Shown here: positions 50,668 to 60,520 of the stretch, one piece after another
How the letters are laid out: every line of letters starts with the position of its first letter
Numbering within the stretch: position 1 is the first letter of the stretch
Assembly: GCA_964575425.1 (NCBI GenBank)
Contig: CAZNRD010000008.1
Span: 3,161 to 67,160, forward strand
Direction: 5' to 3'
DNA from: an uncultured Anaerolineaceae bacterium
GTDB lineage: Bacteria > Chloroflexota > Anaerolineae > Anaerolineales > E44-bin32
Length of the DNA stretch: 64,000 nt
Translations under genes and position numbers: made by a program
Notes under the pieces: model-generated
What the model saw: only the letters and a program-made list of their open reading frames with translations
The model's database searches: none
What the model was told of the DNA's origin: nothing

Positions 50668-51792
50668 CTACAGGCTTTCCCAGGCCATGCCGCGCAATGC
50701 AGAGAGCGACCGATCACGGCGTGCTCCATACGCGATCGTCTTGCGGTCCAGTATCTGTGCAATGCGCAGCGCGGCCGTGCCGTCCCCGTACACCGGCGGT
50801 CTCCACGTCGGTGGCCGGAACGTTGTCCACGCCTCCAGCGCCACCTCCGGCGTCGTTCCCACGAGCTTATTCCAGCCCGCGGAGACGGTTGCCACCCATT
50901 CGGTCTCCTCGCGCAACGTCAGGCACGGGACTCCCAAGAAGTAGGCCTCCCGCTGCACACCACCTGAGTCGGTTGCGATGAGGCGGGCGTTCTCCTCCAA
51001 CACAAGCATGTCAAAGTAGCTCAACGGCTCCAGGGGCCGGATGTGCGCCCCGAGGTCCATCCCCAGGTGGTCCAGCGCCAGGCGCGTCCTCGGGTGGAGC
51101 GGCAGGATGATCGGCTCTCGCACGCGGTTTAGCGTTTCCACGATCCGGCCCAGGCGGATGGCGTCATCGGTGTTGGCCGCCCGGTGAATGGTCACCAGCG
51201 AGTAGGCGCGCGGCCGCACGTCGAGTCGATCCAGCATCCCCGATTGCCTGCGCGCCAGTGGCAGGAAGGTCATCAGCGCATCCAGCATCACATCGCCCAC
51301 CCAATGGACGCTGTCCCTGATCCCTTCCTCCGTCAAGTGTTGCACGGCGGCGCGGCTGGCACAGAAATGCACATCCGCCAACGCGTCAGCCACCAGCCGA
51401 TTGATCTCCTCCGGCATGCGCCGATTGAAGCTCCTCTCCCCGGCTTCGAGGTGGGCCGTCGGGATGTGAGCCTTGGCTGCCGCCAGTGCTCCGGCCAGGG
51501 TCGAGTTCGTGTCGCCGCGCACAATGACCAGATCGGGCGACTCCTTGCGCAGCACCTCTTCAAGGCCCACCAGCATTCCGGCTAGCTGCTGACTGTGCGA
51601 TCCCGATCCCACACCCAGGTTGTAAGCGGGTGGAGGGATCTCCAGTTCGTCGAAGAAGGTCTGCGACATGAGGTAGTCGTAGTGCTGGCCAGTATGCACC
51701 ACGATCTCCTCATGCCTGCCCTGCAGCGCCCTGCTCACGGGCACGCATTGGACGAATTCCGGCCGCGCCCCAACGATGGAGACGATTCTCAC
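50668..51792 (-). CDS. Non-hydrolysing UDP-N-acetylhexosamine 2-epimerase (WecB/WbpI-like)
   Basis: GARPEF, HTGQHYD, GDTNSTLA, HLEAGERS, MPEEINR, TDSGGVQREA. Confidence 0.93.
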   Translation of the reverse strand: MRIVSIVGARPEFVQCVPVSRALQGRHEEIVVHTGQHYDYLMSQTFFDELEIPPPAYNLGVGSGSHSQQLAGMLVGLEEVLRKESPDLVIVRGDTNSTLAGALAAAKAHIPTAHLEAGERSFNRRMPEEINRLVADALADVHFCASRAAVQHLTEEGIRDSVHWVGDVMLDALMTFLPLARRQSGMLDRLDVRPRAYSLVTIHRAANTDDAIRLGRIVETLNRVREPIILPLHPRTRLALDHLGMDLGAHIRPLEPLSYFDMLVLEENARLIATDSGGVQREAYFLGVPCLTLREETEWVATVSAGWNKLVGTTPEVALEAWTTFRPPTWRPPVYGDGTAALRIAQILDRKTIAYGARRDRSLSALRGMAWESL

Positions 51793-51828
51793 TGCATGAT
51801 CCCTCGATCCGAAACGCTCGAGGCGACG

Positions 51829-52197
51829 CTAGCTGCGCGAGATCAGAATCACCCCGACACAGACTACGACGGTGCCGGCCAACCGCAAGAGGGATAGGTC
51901 TTCCTTGAAGAGAAGCCAGGCCGCAACAAGCATCACCACATAGCTCAGGCTGGCAAACGGGTAGGCATAGCTGAGGTCGACGCGCGACAGGGCCACCAAC
52001 CAGAAGACTGTCCCGGTGACGTAGATCGCAAGACCTGCGATCACGTATGGGTTTGTCCCGATGCGCCACAGCAACTCCCCCAGCTTCCCAAGACTCAACG
52101 TCAGCGGGCCCATGCTGCCCATGCCCTTCTTCAACAGAATCTGACCCAGCGCACCACCGAGCACACTGATCAGGATGTAGCCAATCGCGACGTTCAT
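51829..52197 (-). CDS. EamA/SMR-type small membrane transporter (ArnE/ArnF-like flippase candidate)
   Basis: About 120 aa, 4 TMs, GQILLKKG, LSYAYPF, LFKE. Confidence 0.8.
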   Translation of the reverse strand: MNVAIGYILISVLGGALGQILLKKGMGSMGPLTLSLGKLGELLWRIGTNPYVIAGLAIYVTGTVFWLVALSRVDLSYAYPFASLSYVVMLVAAWLLFKEDLSLLRLAGTVVVCVGVILISRS

Positions 52198-52229
52198 ATG
52201 GAATCTCCGTGGACGGTCAGCGTGTGGAG

Positions 52230-53000
52230 TCATAGCGCCCGAGATCTCCTCGCGCCGGCCATTGACTGGACGACGAGGGGCCGCAGCCCAAGCCGGTGAA
52301 GCAGGATGCGGCCCTGGAATCGCAAGTGGGCCGCAGTGGTCCGCGCCAGCTTGGCTTTCGAAACACCCGCCGCCCTTGCGTGCAACACGGTCGGGAATTC
52401 GGCCACCCGGTAGCCAAGAAGCAGGGCCCTGACCAGGATCTCCGTCCCCGCCAGGAAGCCCGACGATTCGAACGGCACGCTGTCAATCAGGGTGCGCCGG
52501 TAGGCACGGAAGAGGGAGGTGTACGTGTAAAGGCGTCGGTCGACCAGCACGCGGTAAATGAACGACGATCCCCGGCTCAACACCAGCCGATAGCCGGGCA
52601 CGTTGTCGACGCCACCGCGGGGGTGGTATGGGGAGGCGGTGACCAGGTCGACGCCCTGTCCCAGGCAGGCCAGAAGCCTGGGAATCTCCGAGAAGGCATA
52701 GGTCCCGTCGCTATCAGTCGTCACAACCGTATCGCCACGCGAGGCAGCAAAGCCAGTCCGCAGGGCGGCTCCCAGCCCGCGGTTGCTTTCGTGTCGTTCA
52801 AACCGGATATCGACCCCGGCCCCAGGCTGCAATGCCTTGCGGAAGGCCTCCGCCGAGCCGTCCGTGCTTCCATCGTCCACCAAGACCAACTCAACCGGGC
52901 CTTCACGGGTGAGCTGCACCGCCACCGGCAGCAGCTCCGATCTCACCTTGCCAACGCTGCCGATCTCGTTGCAGAAGGGCACAACGATCGAAATACACAT
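52230..53000 (-). CDS. GT2 polyprenol-phosphate glycosyltransferase (DPM1/ArnC-like)
   Basis: VVPFCNE, VDDGSTDGS, NRGLGAAL, TDSDGTY. Confidence 0.85.
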   Translation of the reverse strand: MCISIVVPFCNEIGSVGKVRSELLPVAVQLTREGPVELVLVDDGSTDGSAEAFRKALQPGAGVDIRFERHESNRGLGAALRTGFAASRGDTVVTTDSDGTYAFSEIPRLLACLGQGVDLVTASPYHPRGGVDNVPGYRLVLSRGSSFIYRVLVDRRLYTYTSLFRAYRRTLIDSVPFESSGFLAGTEILVRALLLGYRVAEFPTVLHARAAGVSKAKLARTTAAHLRFQGRILLHRLGLRPLVVQSMAGARRSRAL

Positions 53001-53008
53001 CGCACGGC

Positions 53009-54049
53009 CTAGGCGGGCGCAATCGGCATCATCGCCGGACGAAGGTCGCGGGGCTCCCGACCGCCGTGGTGGGCTGCATCCCTGAGCCGCTGCAATACCT
53101 CACGCCGTATCGCAGTTGCCAGGAGCAGGGCCCGCTTGCCCTCGTTGGCCGATACCACCGGCTGCCTGTTGTCCAGGACGCAGTCGACGAAATGCTGCAG
53201 CTCGGAATACAGCGGTTCCTGGGTCGGGACGTGGATGCCTTCCAGGATGCTCTCCTGGCGATACTTGATTCCACGCTGGTTGTGATTCAGGTACTCAGCC
53301 GTTGTCCGACGATGAACCGCTATGCTCTTGTTGAGCAAGTCGGCCTCTACATAAGCCTCCAGGGCAGTCACCTCTATGGAGCGGATCTTCTGCTCGGTGA
53401 CACGCGAGGCGGTCATCGTCACCAACGGCCCGGCGCCAAAGCCAAGGTGGACCACTGCGTGATCGATGTCGCCGTCGTGCGCCGTGAGGCCAAAAGCGCT
53501 GAACGAGTCGGGTTCCTGCCCGGTGAGATCAAGGGCAAGGTCGATGTCGTGGATCATGAGGTCCAGTACAACGTCAACGTCGTGGTTGCTGCCTCCGAAG
53601 GCGCTCAGCCGCCGCATCGCGATCGCCAGCGGAGTCTTGTCCTCAAGGACGTTCTTGAGTTCTGTGTAGGCCGGGTTGAACCGTTCGATGTGCCCAACCT
53701 GCAAGATGACCCCGGCCGAGGCGGATGCCTCTGCCAGCGCGTCCGCTTGCTCGATCGTCTCGGCCAGCGGCTTCTCCACCAACACGGGGATCCCTCGTTG
53801 GACGCACGTCATCGCAAGATCGAAATGGACTGGCGTGGGCGTGGCTAAGCTTACCGCCTCAACCTCTGCCAGGAGGCTATCCACACTGGGGAACGCCACC
53901 ACCTCGTACCGTGCGGCGATTTCCTCCGAGAGGTTCGGGACAAGGTCGTACACGCCAACGAGCTGCGCCCTCCGCAAGGTCGAGAAGACGCGGCAGTGCT
54001 GCTGCCCCATTCGCCCAAGACCGATCACGCCTACGCGCAATTGCTCCAT
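53009..54049 (-). CDS. Gfo/Idh/MocA oxidoreductase (WbpB-like UDP-GlcNAcA 3-dehydrogenase candidate)
   Basis: GVIGLGRMG, VLVEKPLA, VGHIERFNPA, DLMIHDID. Confidence 0.85.
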   Translation of the reverse strand: MEQLRVGVIGLGRMGQQHCRVFSTLRRAQLVGVYDLVPNLSEEIAARYEVVAFPSVDSLLAEVEAVSLATPTPVHFDLAMTCVQRGIPVLVEKPLAETIEQADALAEASASAGVILQVGHIERFNPAYTELKNVLEDKTPLAIAMRRLSAFGGSNHDVDVVLDLMIHDIDLALDLTGQEPDSFSAFGLTAHDGDIDHAVVHLGFGAGPLVTMTASRVTEQKIRSIEVTALEAYVEADLLNKSIAVHRRTTAEYLNHNQRGIKYRQESILEGIHVPTQEPLYSELQHFVDCVLDNRQPVVSANEGKRALLLATAIRREVLQRLRDAAHHGGREPRDLRPAMMPIAPA

Positions 54050-54084
54050 GGCGCTCCTCCTGCTGCCACCAGACAAGGCACCGA

Positions 54085-55191
54085 CTAAGCGGCGCCAACA
54101 TCCGCCTTGCGGATGTTCTCCATCGCCGTCACCACAGCCTCTACCACCCGGTCCAGGTCCTGTTGGTTGAGCGAAGGATGGACAGGCAGTGACATGACTT
54201 CCCGGCTTGCCTTTTCGCTCTCAACCAGATCTGCGCCCGAACCCATCCACTGGTAGGAGGGCTGCTGAGGGATAGGTGCCGGATAGTACACGCCCACGGC
54301 GACCCCCTGTTCGATGATGAGTGGCACCAACCGGCCCCTGTCCTGGACTCGGATGGTGTATTGGTGGAACACATGCTCGGCGCCTCGCCGAACGCGCGGT
54401 GTCACCACCCCGGGGATGTCCCGCAGGCGCTGTGTGAGGTAGGTCGCGTTTGCTTGCCGTTGCGTGTTCCACGTCTTGAGCTTGGGAAGCTGCGCCAAGC
54501 CGATGGCCGCCTGGAGATCGGTCATGCACATGTTGTAGCCGAGCATCTCGTGAACATATCGTCGCTGGCTGCCATGTTCCCGGAGCATTCGGGCGCGCTC
54601 CGCCACAGCCGCCTCGTTCGTGACGATCATGCCGCCTTCTCCGGTCGTCATGTTCTTGGTGGCATAGAAGGAGAAACAGGCCGTGCCGTATTCGCCTACC
54701 CGCCGACCGTTCAGCGTCGCACCATGCGCCTGGCATGCGTCCTGGATCACGACCAGGTGATGCCCTCGGGCGATCTCGCAGATTGCTTCCATGTCGCACA
54801 TTTGCCCATACAGATGAACCGGCACAATAGCCCGCGTGCGCGGGGTGATCCGTGACTCCACGTCGGAGGGGTCGAGGGTGAAGGTGTCTGGCTCTATGTC
54901 GGCAAATACCGGGCGGGCACCCACGAAGCGTGCGCAGTCGGCCGAGGCGATGAAGCTGAACGCTGGCGTGATCACCTCGTCTTCCGGCCCAATACCATGC
55001 GCCAGCAGAGCCACATGCAGCGAGCACGTCCCGGATGTCAGGGCGATGGCATACTCCGCCCCCACGTAGGCTCCAAAACGCTCCTCAAACTCGCGAACCC
55101 TCGGACCGTGGGCAAGCTGCCCCGACTCGAGCACTGCCAGAAGGCCGGCTTTCTCTTCCTCGCCGATTTGTGGACGCGAGATCGGTATCAT
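54085..55191 (-). CDS. DegT/DnrJ/EryC1/StrS aminotransferase (WbpE-like)
   Basis: ATGA overlap; PVHLYGQ, DACQAHGA, SFYATKNMTTGEGG (PLP lysine), HVFHQYTIR. Confidence 0.93.
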   Translation of the reverse strand: MIPISRPQIGEEEKAGLLAVLESGQLAHGPRVREFEERFGAYVGAEYAIALTSGTCSLHVALLAHGIGPEDEVITPAFSFIASADCARFVGARPVFADIEPDTFTLDPSDVESRITPRTRAIVPVHLYGQMCDMEAICEIARGHHLVVIQDACQAHGATLNGRRVGEYGTACFSFYATKNMTTGEGGMIVTNEAAVAERARMLREHGSQRRYVHEMLGYNMCMTDLQAAIGLAQLPKLKTWNTQRQANATYLTQRLRDIPGVVTPRVRRGAEHVFHQYTIRVQDRGRLVPLIIEQGVAVGVYYPAPIPQQPSYQWMGSGADLVESEKASREVMSLPVHPSLNQQDLDRVVEAVVTAMENIRKADVGAA

Positions 55192-55775
55192 GAGTTCCCT
55201 CCTGGCTGGAAGGTCCAGCCATCCTGCGGGCAGCGATAGCCTCCTGCGCCTTCGGGTTCTAGCCGGCGGCCGCAGCGGCACACGTACCCGACGTCACGGG
55301 CCGGTACCCCGACAACGAGCGTATGATCCGCCACGTCACGAACGACGACGGAACCCGCCGCGACCATCGCAAACCGGCCTACAGTCACACCCGGCAGGAT
55401 CAACGCGCCCGCTCCAATCGACGCACCATATCGAATCAGAATCGGCTCCACGGTCCAGTCATTGGCCGACTTGAGCACTCCCTCGGGCGTGATCGCCCGG
55501 GGATAGGTGTCGTTTGTCAGACATGCTTGTGGCCCCAGGAATACACCGCTTTCAACTGTCGCGCCGTGATAGACAAGGGCACTGTTTTGAATCTTGACGT
55601 TGTCGCCAATCGTCACGCCGACGTCGATGTAGACATCCTTGCCGATGATGCACGTGTGTCCGATCCGTGCCCCTTCGCGAACTTGAGCGCGGTGCCAGAT
55701 CGAGGTGCCCGGCCCAACCTCTGCGTCAGGCGAAACGTCGGCAGACGGATGAATGCGCGCAGTCGGATCTATCAT
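55188..55775 (-). CDS. Hexapeptide-repeat N-acetyltransferase (WbpD-like)
   Basis: IHPSADV, GDNVKIQN, FLGPQACLTND-x-YPR, GASIGAGA, VVGVPAR. Confidence 0.9.
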   Translation of the reverse strand: MIDPTARIHPSADVSPDAEVGPGTSIWHRAQVREGARIGHTCIIGKDVYIDVGVTIGDNVKIQNSALVYHGATVESGVFLGPQACLTNDTYPRAITPEGVLKSANDWTVEPILIRYGASIGAGALILPGVTVGRFAMVAAGSVVVRDVADHTLVVGVPARDVGYVCRCGRRLEPEGAGGYRCPQDGWTFQPGGNS

Positions 55776-55896
55776 GAATGCCGCCCTCGGGGTCGATTGG
55801 GTGTGAGACGTCTGCGGGGAGTCTGGGCGATGCGCCTTGCGATCGTTGCTGCACGCCCCCGTCGGCCATCAGCCGGGCCCTGCGGCAGGCTGCAGC

Positions 55897-57665
55897 CTAG
55901 GGTTGCAGCAACGCTGACTTCTGGGCCGCACGGTCCGCCAGGTCAGTGCGGTCTTGTGTGGTCCACCACCAGGCGTACACGCCGAGCTCTTCCGATGCTT
56001 CGTGGATACCCTCAAACAAGGGTCGGGCCTGGTCCAGCGCACCAAGCCAAGTCAGGTTGTAGGCCAGCGCCTTGCGGATGCCCCGGTGGCCCGCGTCGAG
56101 GGCGAATGCCACTCGTAGTGGCTCAAGCGCTCGCCCGTAGTCTCCCGCATCCATGGCCATCAGCCCAAGCCGGTAGTTCGCGCTGACATTGCCTGGGTGC
56201 AGGACCACCGCCCGAGAAAGGAGGTCGGCAGCCAAATCCCGATCGTCGGACGAGCCATCACCGACTTCCGGGGGCGACGGCCAGTGACGCAGGTCCTCTC
56301 GGGCCAGGAGGACGCTACCTATGTTGGCCAGCCCGGCGGACAGCACCTGACGTCGAAACACGGCGAGAAGCAAGACAACCACCGCGCCGATCACCGTCCA
56401 CTTGGGACGGAAAAGCGTCGGCCTCCGCAGTGCGTGCATGATCGCAGCAGGCCGTTCCCACTCTACTGCGCGCACAGCCCCAAAACCCATCGCGGCCACG
56501 CCGAAAGGGAGGAGGAGGAACCCCACCCCTCCAGTGGTGAACAACGGGTCCTCGACCAAGCCCATCACCAGAAGGGCAACGATTGACCCCGCAGCCGCAC
56601 CACGCAGCTGGGCTGCTGGCTCCTCCGCCAGCGAATCTCTCCCCCTTCTCGCCCGAAGACATCCGATGGCACCCGACGCCAGAGCCATGAAGCTCACGAG
56701 CCCTATGGCTCCCATCTCCATCAGCAAGTCCAGGTACAGATTGTGGCTTGTCGTTGTGAACAATGCGGGGATCAGGAGGATGTATCGCGAGTACAGTCCG
56801 GCAAACGATGCTAGCCCTCCGCCCGTGAGCAGGAACTCACCGGCCAGCCTGGTGGCATTGTGGATCAGCTCCAGTCTTTGGCCAACTTGTGGGCTCTGCG
56901 CGATGCCTGGCCAACCGCCGGCCACAAGCCACGCACCGGCCAGCAACAATGCAGCCAGAACCGGTAGACCAAACAGGCACAGCACCCGCAAGCGGCGGCG
57001 CCATCCGGTCTCACACCTGGTGGACGGAACCGCGAGAGCGAACAGCATCCCAGCGCCTGCTCCGAGCCACGCGCTGTGCTCCCCACTTGCCCGAAGCCCG
57101 ACGATAAGAGCGGCCAGCGCGCCAATGGTCAAAGAGAACGCAAGCTGGCGATGAGACCTGACCCCTTGAAGGAGTGCAGGAAGGGCAAAGGGGGCTGTCA
57201 AGGCCATCAGGCCGGCGAAAATATGTCTGTTCTTGCTGCGAATGGCCCGACCTCGGCCCCCCTCGCCTCTGCTACCCAGGTCAGCAGCGCCCCCAGCGAA
57301 GTGAGCATTCCAAGACCAACCATCCCTCCGACGACGAATCCCTGGTTCTCGCGCGGTTGGCGTGCGATGGAATAGTACAGCAGCACGGCCACAAGGATGA
57401 GACCTGCCTTGCCCAGCGCGGCTGTTCGGTCGTATGCCGTCCAGACCCCGAGTGCCCCGGCCGCGAGGAAGCCCGCAATTGCCCAATCAAGACCGGTCTG
57501 GAATCGGCGACGATCCCCCCAGATGACGACGGCTGCCCAGGGGACCACCACCAGGCCCAGCAGTGCCCACTCCACCCCAGGTGGCAGCATCCACGTCAGA
57601 GCTGCCGCGGCGGTGAGGCCGAGCAAGACCAAGTCGAATCTTCGACTCGTGACGAACAGGCGCAT
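55897..57665 (-). pseudogene. O-antigen-ligase (Wzy_C) + TPR membrane protein split by a one-base frameshift
   Basis: ORF 57207-57665 (4 TMs, starts 4 nt after the rSAM stop) continues in another frame as NRHIFAGLMAL…GGGLASF…HNLYLDLLMEMG…TPR; total 1769 nt, one base short of 590 codons; G6 run at 57257-57262. Confidence 0.75.
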
Positions 57666-57669
57666 GCGC

Positions 57670-59280
57670 CTAGTCGCCCGCCTGCCAGCGCAGGTGCTGC
57701 AGACCCACGCTCAGTGCGGTTCTGAACGTTGAGCGGTCAAAGAGGAGCATCTTGAGGTAGGTGAACGCCGGACCAGGCCTGAGGGCCCACTCCCGGAACG
57801 CCCGTTTCTGCCAGTAGAGAAGTCGCTCAGCCGAGAGCCCTGGGTAGTCAAGTACCGTCTCTTTGTCCATATCCACCTGCTCCCAGCGAGTGCCTTGCCG
57901 GAACCAGCCGTTCTTCACCACCTCAAAGAAGAAGGGGGTGCCGGGATGGGGCGCTGCTACATGGAACAGGGCAATGTCGAGCGGAAGCTCCTTGGCGAAC
58001 CGGATCGTCTGGCGGATGGATTCCTCCGTCTCCCCGGGGAGCCCGACGATGAAATAGCCCCAGTTCCGGATTCCGGCCTTCTTCGCCCAGCGGAGGGCAC
58101 GTCCTACTTTCGCGGGATTGGTGCCCTTGCGGGCGCGCTTCAGGATCTGCTCGTCCCCGCTTTCGATCCCCCACGAGATGTACCAGCAGCCGGACCTGCC
58201 CATCAGCTGCAGCATCTCCTCGTCGACATAGTCCACCCGGCTGTTACAGGTCCAGCGGATGTCGATGCCGGAGTCGATGATCCGCTGGCATAGATCGACC
58301 ACCTGATCCCTGTTGACGGTGAACAGGTCGGCGTACATGTGGATGTTGCTGATCCCCAGGCGCTTGAGCTGCCAGAGTTCCTCCATGATGAGCTGCGGGG
58401 ATCGCAGACGTACGCTGTACTGGTAGTTGACGTGCTTGATGCAGAAAATGCAGCCCGCCGGGCAGCCACGGCTGGTGACAATGAAGGTGAACGGTCCCTT
58501 CATCAGAGGCATGCGGTACTTCTGCAGCGGCAGCAGATCGTGCCGCGGGACGGGCAGGCCGTCGAGATCGGCAATGAATGGCCGCGCGGCGTTGACCACG
58601 ACCTCGTCGCCACGTCTCCAGACCAGTCCTTTGATACCTGCCAGATCCACCGTGCCGGCCGCGTCGATCGAAGGCCTGTACTCGGCATCGTGGTCGGCGA
58701 ACAGTCGGCACAGGGACTCGTCGCGCTGGTCGATTCTCCCCTCCAGGTGATCTAGCAGGTCGCGGAGCGTGAGCTCCGGCTCACCCAGCAGGATGTAGTC
58801 CAGGCTGGGATACGGACGCATCGTCTCCCTCGGGATGGGGGTGACATGCGTCCCGAAGGCGATCGTCCGCGCCCCGCAAGCCTTGGCCAGGAAAGTTCCA
58901 TACATGTCGTTTTCAAGGGTCGGTGCCGTCACCTGGGTCAGGTAGTACTTGGGTCGATGAGCATCAAGCAGGCGAGCGAATTCCGGCCATCCCATCCGCT
59001 CAGCGTTCGCATCGATGACCTTGACCGTGTACGTGGGGGTTAGCATCGCCGCCAGCTGGGCCAGAGAGACCTGAGGCCATACCATGTTCTCGCGAGTTCG
59101 CCTTCCGACGCGGTGCTGGCATCGAATCCACAGGTCACCGTCCGGCGTCGGCGGGTTGACGAGCAGGACGTCCACCTTCTCAGCGGACGCCGCCGACCGG
59201 CTAATCCCTTGCCGAACAATCTCATCCGCATCGGCGAAGTCCGCCATGCGCAACCTCGGCACCCGCCGGGAGCCCATGTT
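57670..59280 (-). CDS. Cobalamin-binding radical SAM protein (HpnJ/BchE-like)
   Basis: B12-binding region (LAQLAAML…VIDAN…FGTHVT), SRGCPAGCIFC, GIESG, GYFIVGLPGET, PHPGTPFF. Confidence 0.88.
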   Translation of the reverse strand, partial: NMGSRRVPRLRMADFADADEIVRQGISRSAASAEKVDVLLVNPPTPDGDLWIRCQHRVGRRTRENMVWPQVSLAQLAAMLTPTYTVKVIDANAERMGWPEFARLLDAHRPKYYLTQVTAPTLENDMYGTFLAKACGARTIAFGTHVTPIPRETMRPYPSLDYILLGEPELTLRDLLDHLEGRIDQRDESLCRLFADHDAEYRPSIDAAGTVDLAGIKGLVWRRGDEVVVNAARPFIADLDGLPVPRHDLLPLQKYRMPLMKGPFTFIVTSRGCPAGCIFCIKHVNYQYSVRLRSPQLIMEELWQLKRLGISNIHMYADLFTVNRDQVVDLCQRIIDSGIDIRWTCNSRVDYVDEEMLQLMGRSGCWYISWGIESGDEQILKRARKGTNPAKVGRALRWAKKAGIRNWGYFIVGLPGETEESIRQTIRFAKELPLDIALFHVAAPHPGTPFFFEVVKNGWFRQGTRWEQVDMDKETVLDYPGLSAERLLYWQKRAFREWALRPGPAFTYLKMLLFDRSTFRTALSVGLQHLRWQAGD

Positions 59281-59323
59281 CTCTTCATGTCTGTCCAATT
59301 GCGATGCGCTCACATCGACCTCT

Positions 59324-60520
59324 CTATACCGCGGCCATATCCTTCTTGATCATAACACTTCGCTGACTCAGTTCCTCCAACACCCGCATCAAGACCCAGG
59401 ACAACATGAGCTGAATGCCAACCAGGACAAGCAGAGCACTGCCTAGCAGATACAACCACAGTCTGGCAATGTCCCAACCCGATACCCCCAGGCCCAGGCT
59501 GACACCGGCGACCGTCAACCCAACGGCCAGGACAAGGGCCCCCATCCAGCCGAAGTGGTGATCCAGCGACGGATTGAACAGCGGACGGCCAAACAGGCCT
59601 TGCCGGACCGGAGTCTGGTAGAAGAGGGTCACCAAGTAGTTGAAGGTCGAGCCCAGCGCAAACACACTGATCCCCCCCACTGCCGCCACCAACGCGCCGA
59701 ACAGCGAGGCGACCCCCCAGGGACCGAGCGTTGTCACACCGCTCAGCCGGAGCGCAACCAGGGCCGCACCGACACCTGCCGCAAACAACATGCCGGCCAC
59801 GCCGATCCAACCAAGTATCCGCACCGGGTTGTAGCTCAACGCCGTCCACAGGATGGAATGCAGAAACACCGACCCATCTCGGATAACGCTCAGCTTGGAC
59901 CGGCCAACCCGCTCACTGTACGGGATAGGCGTCTCCGCCATGCGCAGGTTCTCGTGGACCGCCCGGGTGCTCATCACCGGGGTGAGGTTGAGGCCATCCG
60001 GCAAGGGGTAGAGCCGCTCCAGGATGCTCCGTTTGAAGACCCGCATCCCACTGGCGCTGTCGCTGACGCGCTGGGCTCCAACGACAGAAAGCAGCGCGGC
60101 GAAGAACAGGTTCCCAAGGCGTCGTGTCAAAGGCATTTTGGATGCCGCGCCGGCCATGCGCGAGCCGATAGCCAAGTCTGAGCCATTCATCACCAGCCGA
60201 CAGAGCTCGGGAAAGTACTCCGGGGGATATGTGCCATCGGCGTCTAAGAAGCCGATCAGCTCTCCCCGCGCCCAGGAGAACCCCGTCTTGAGCGCTGCCC
60301 CGTAACCTCGGTTGCGAGGGTGGCGAATCAGTGTGACTCCTTCTACGGCTGCCGCCACCTCCGCCGTGCGGTCACATGATCCATCATCGACGATGAGCAG
60401 CTCCAGGCAGTTGATGCCAATCTCGGCCAGGCGATCGCGCGTCGCAAGCACTCGCCGGGCAATGTCGGCAATTCCACGTTCTTCGTTGAACGCCGGGATA
60501 ACAACCGAGAAGTCCGTCAT
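59324..60520 (-). CDS. GT2 polyprenol-phosphate glycosyltransferase with C-terminal TM helices
   Basis: ATG after GGAGGAG; [43 protein letters not shown]; C-terminal TMs. Confidence 0.88.
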   Translation of the reverse strand: MTDFSVVIPAFNEERGIADIARRVLATRDRLAEIGINCLELLIVDDGSCDRTAEVAAAVEGVTLIRHPRNRGYGAALKTGFSWARGELIGFLDADGTYPPEYFPELCRLVMNGSDLAIGSRMAGAASKMPLTRRLGNLFFAALLSVVGAQRVSDSASGMRVFKRSILERLYPLPDGLNLTPVMSTRAVHENLRMAETPIPYSERVGRSKLSVIRDGSVFLHSILWTALSYNPVRILGWIGVAGMLFAAGVGAALVALRLSGVTTLGPWGVASLFGALVAAVGGISVFALGSTFNYLVTLFYQTPVRQGLFGRPLFNPSLDHHFGWMGALVLAVGLTVAGVSLGLGVSGWDIARLWLYLLGSALLVLVGIQLMLSWVLMRVLEELSQRSVMIKKDMAAV

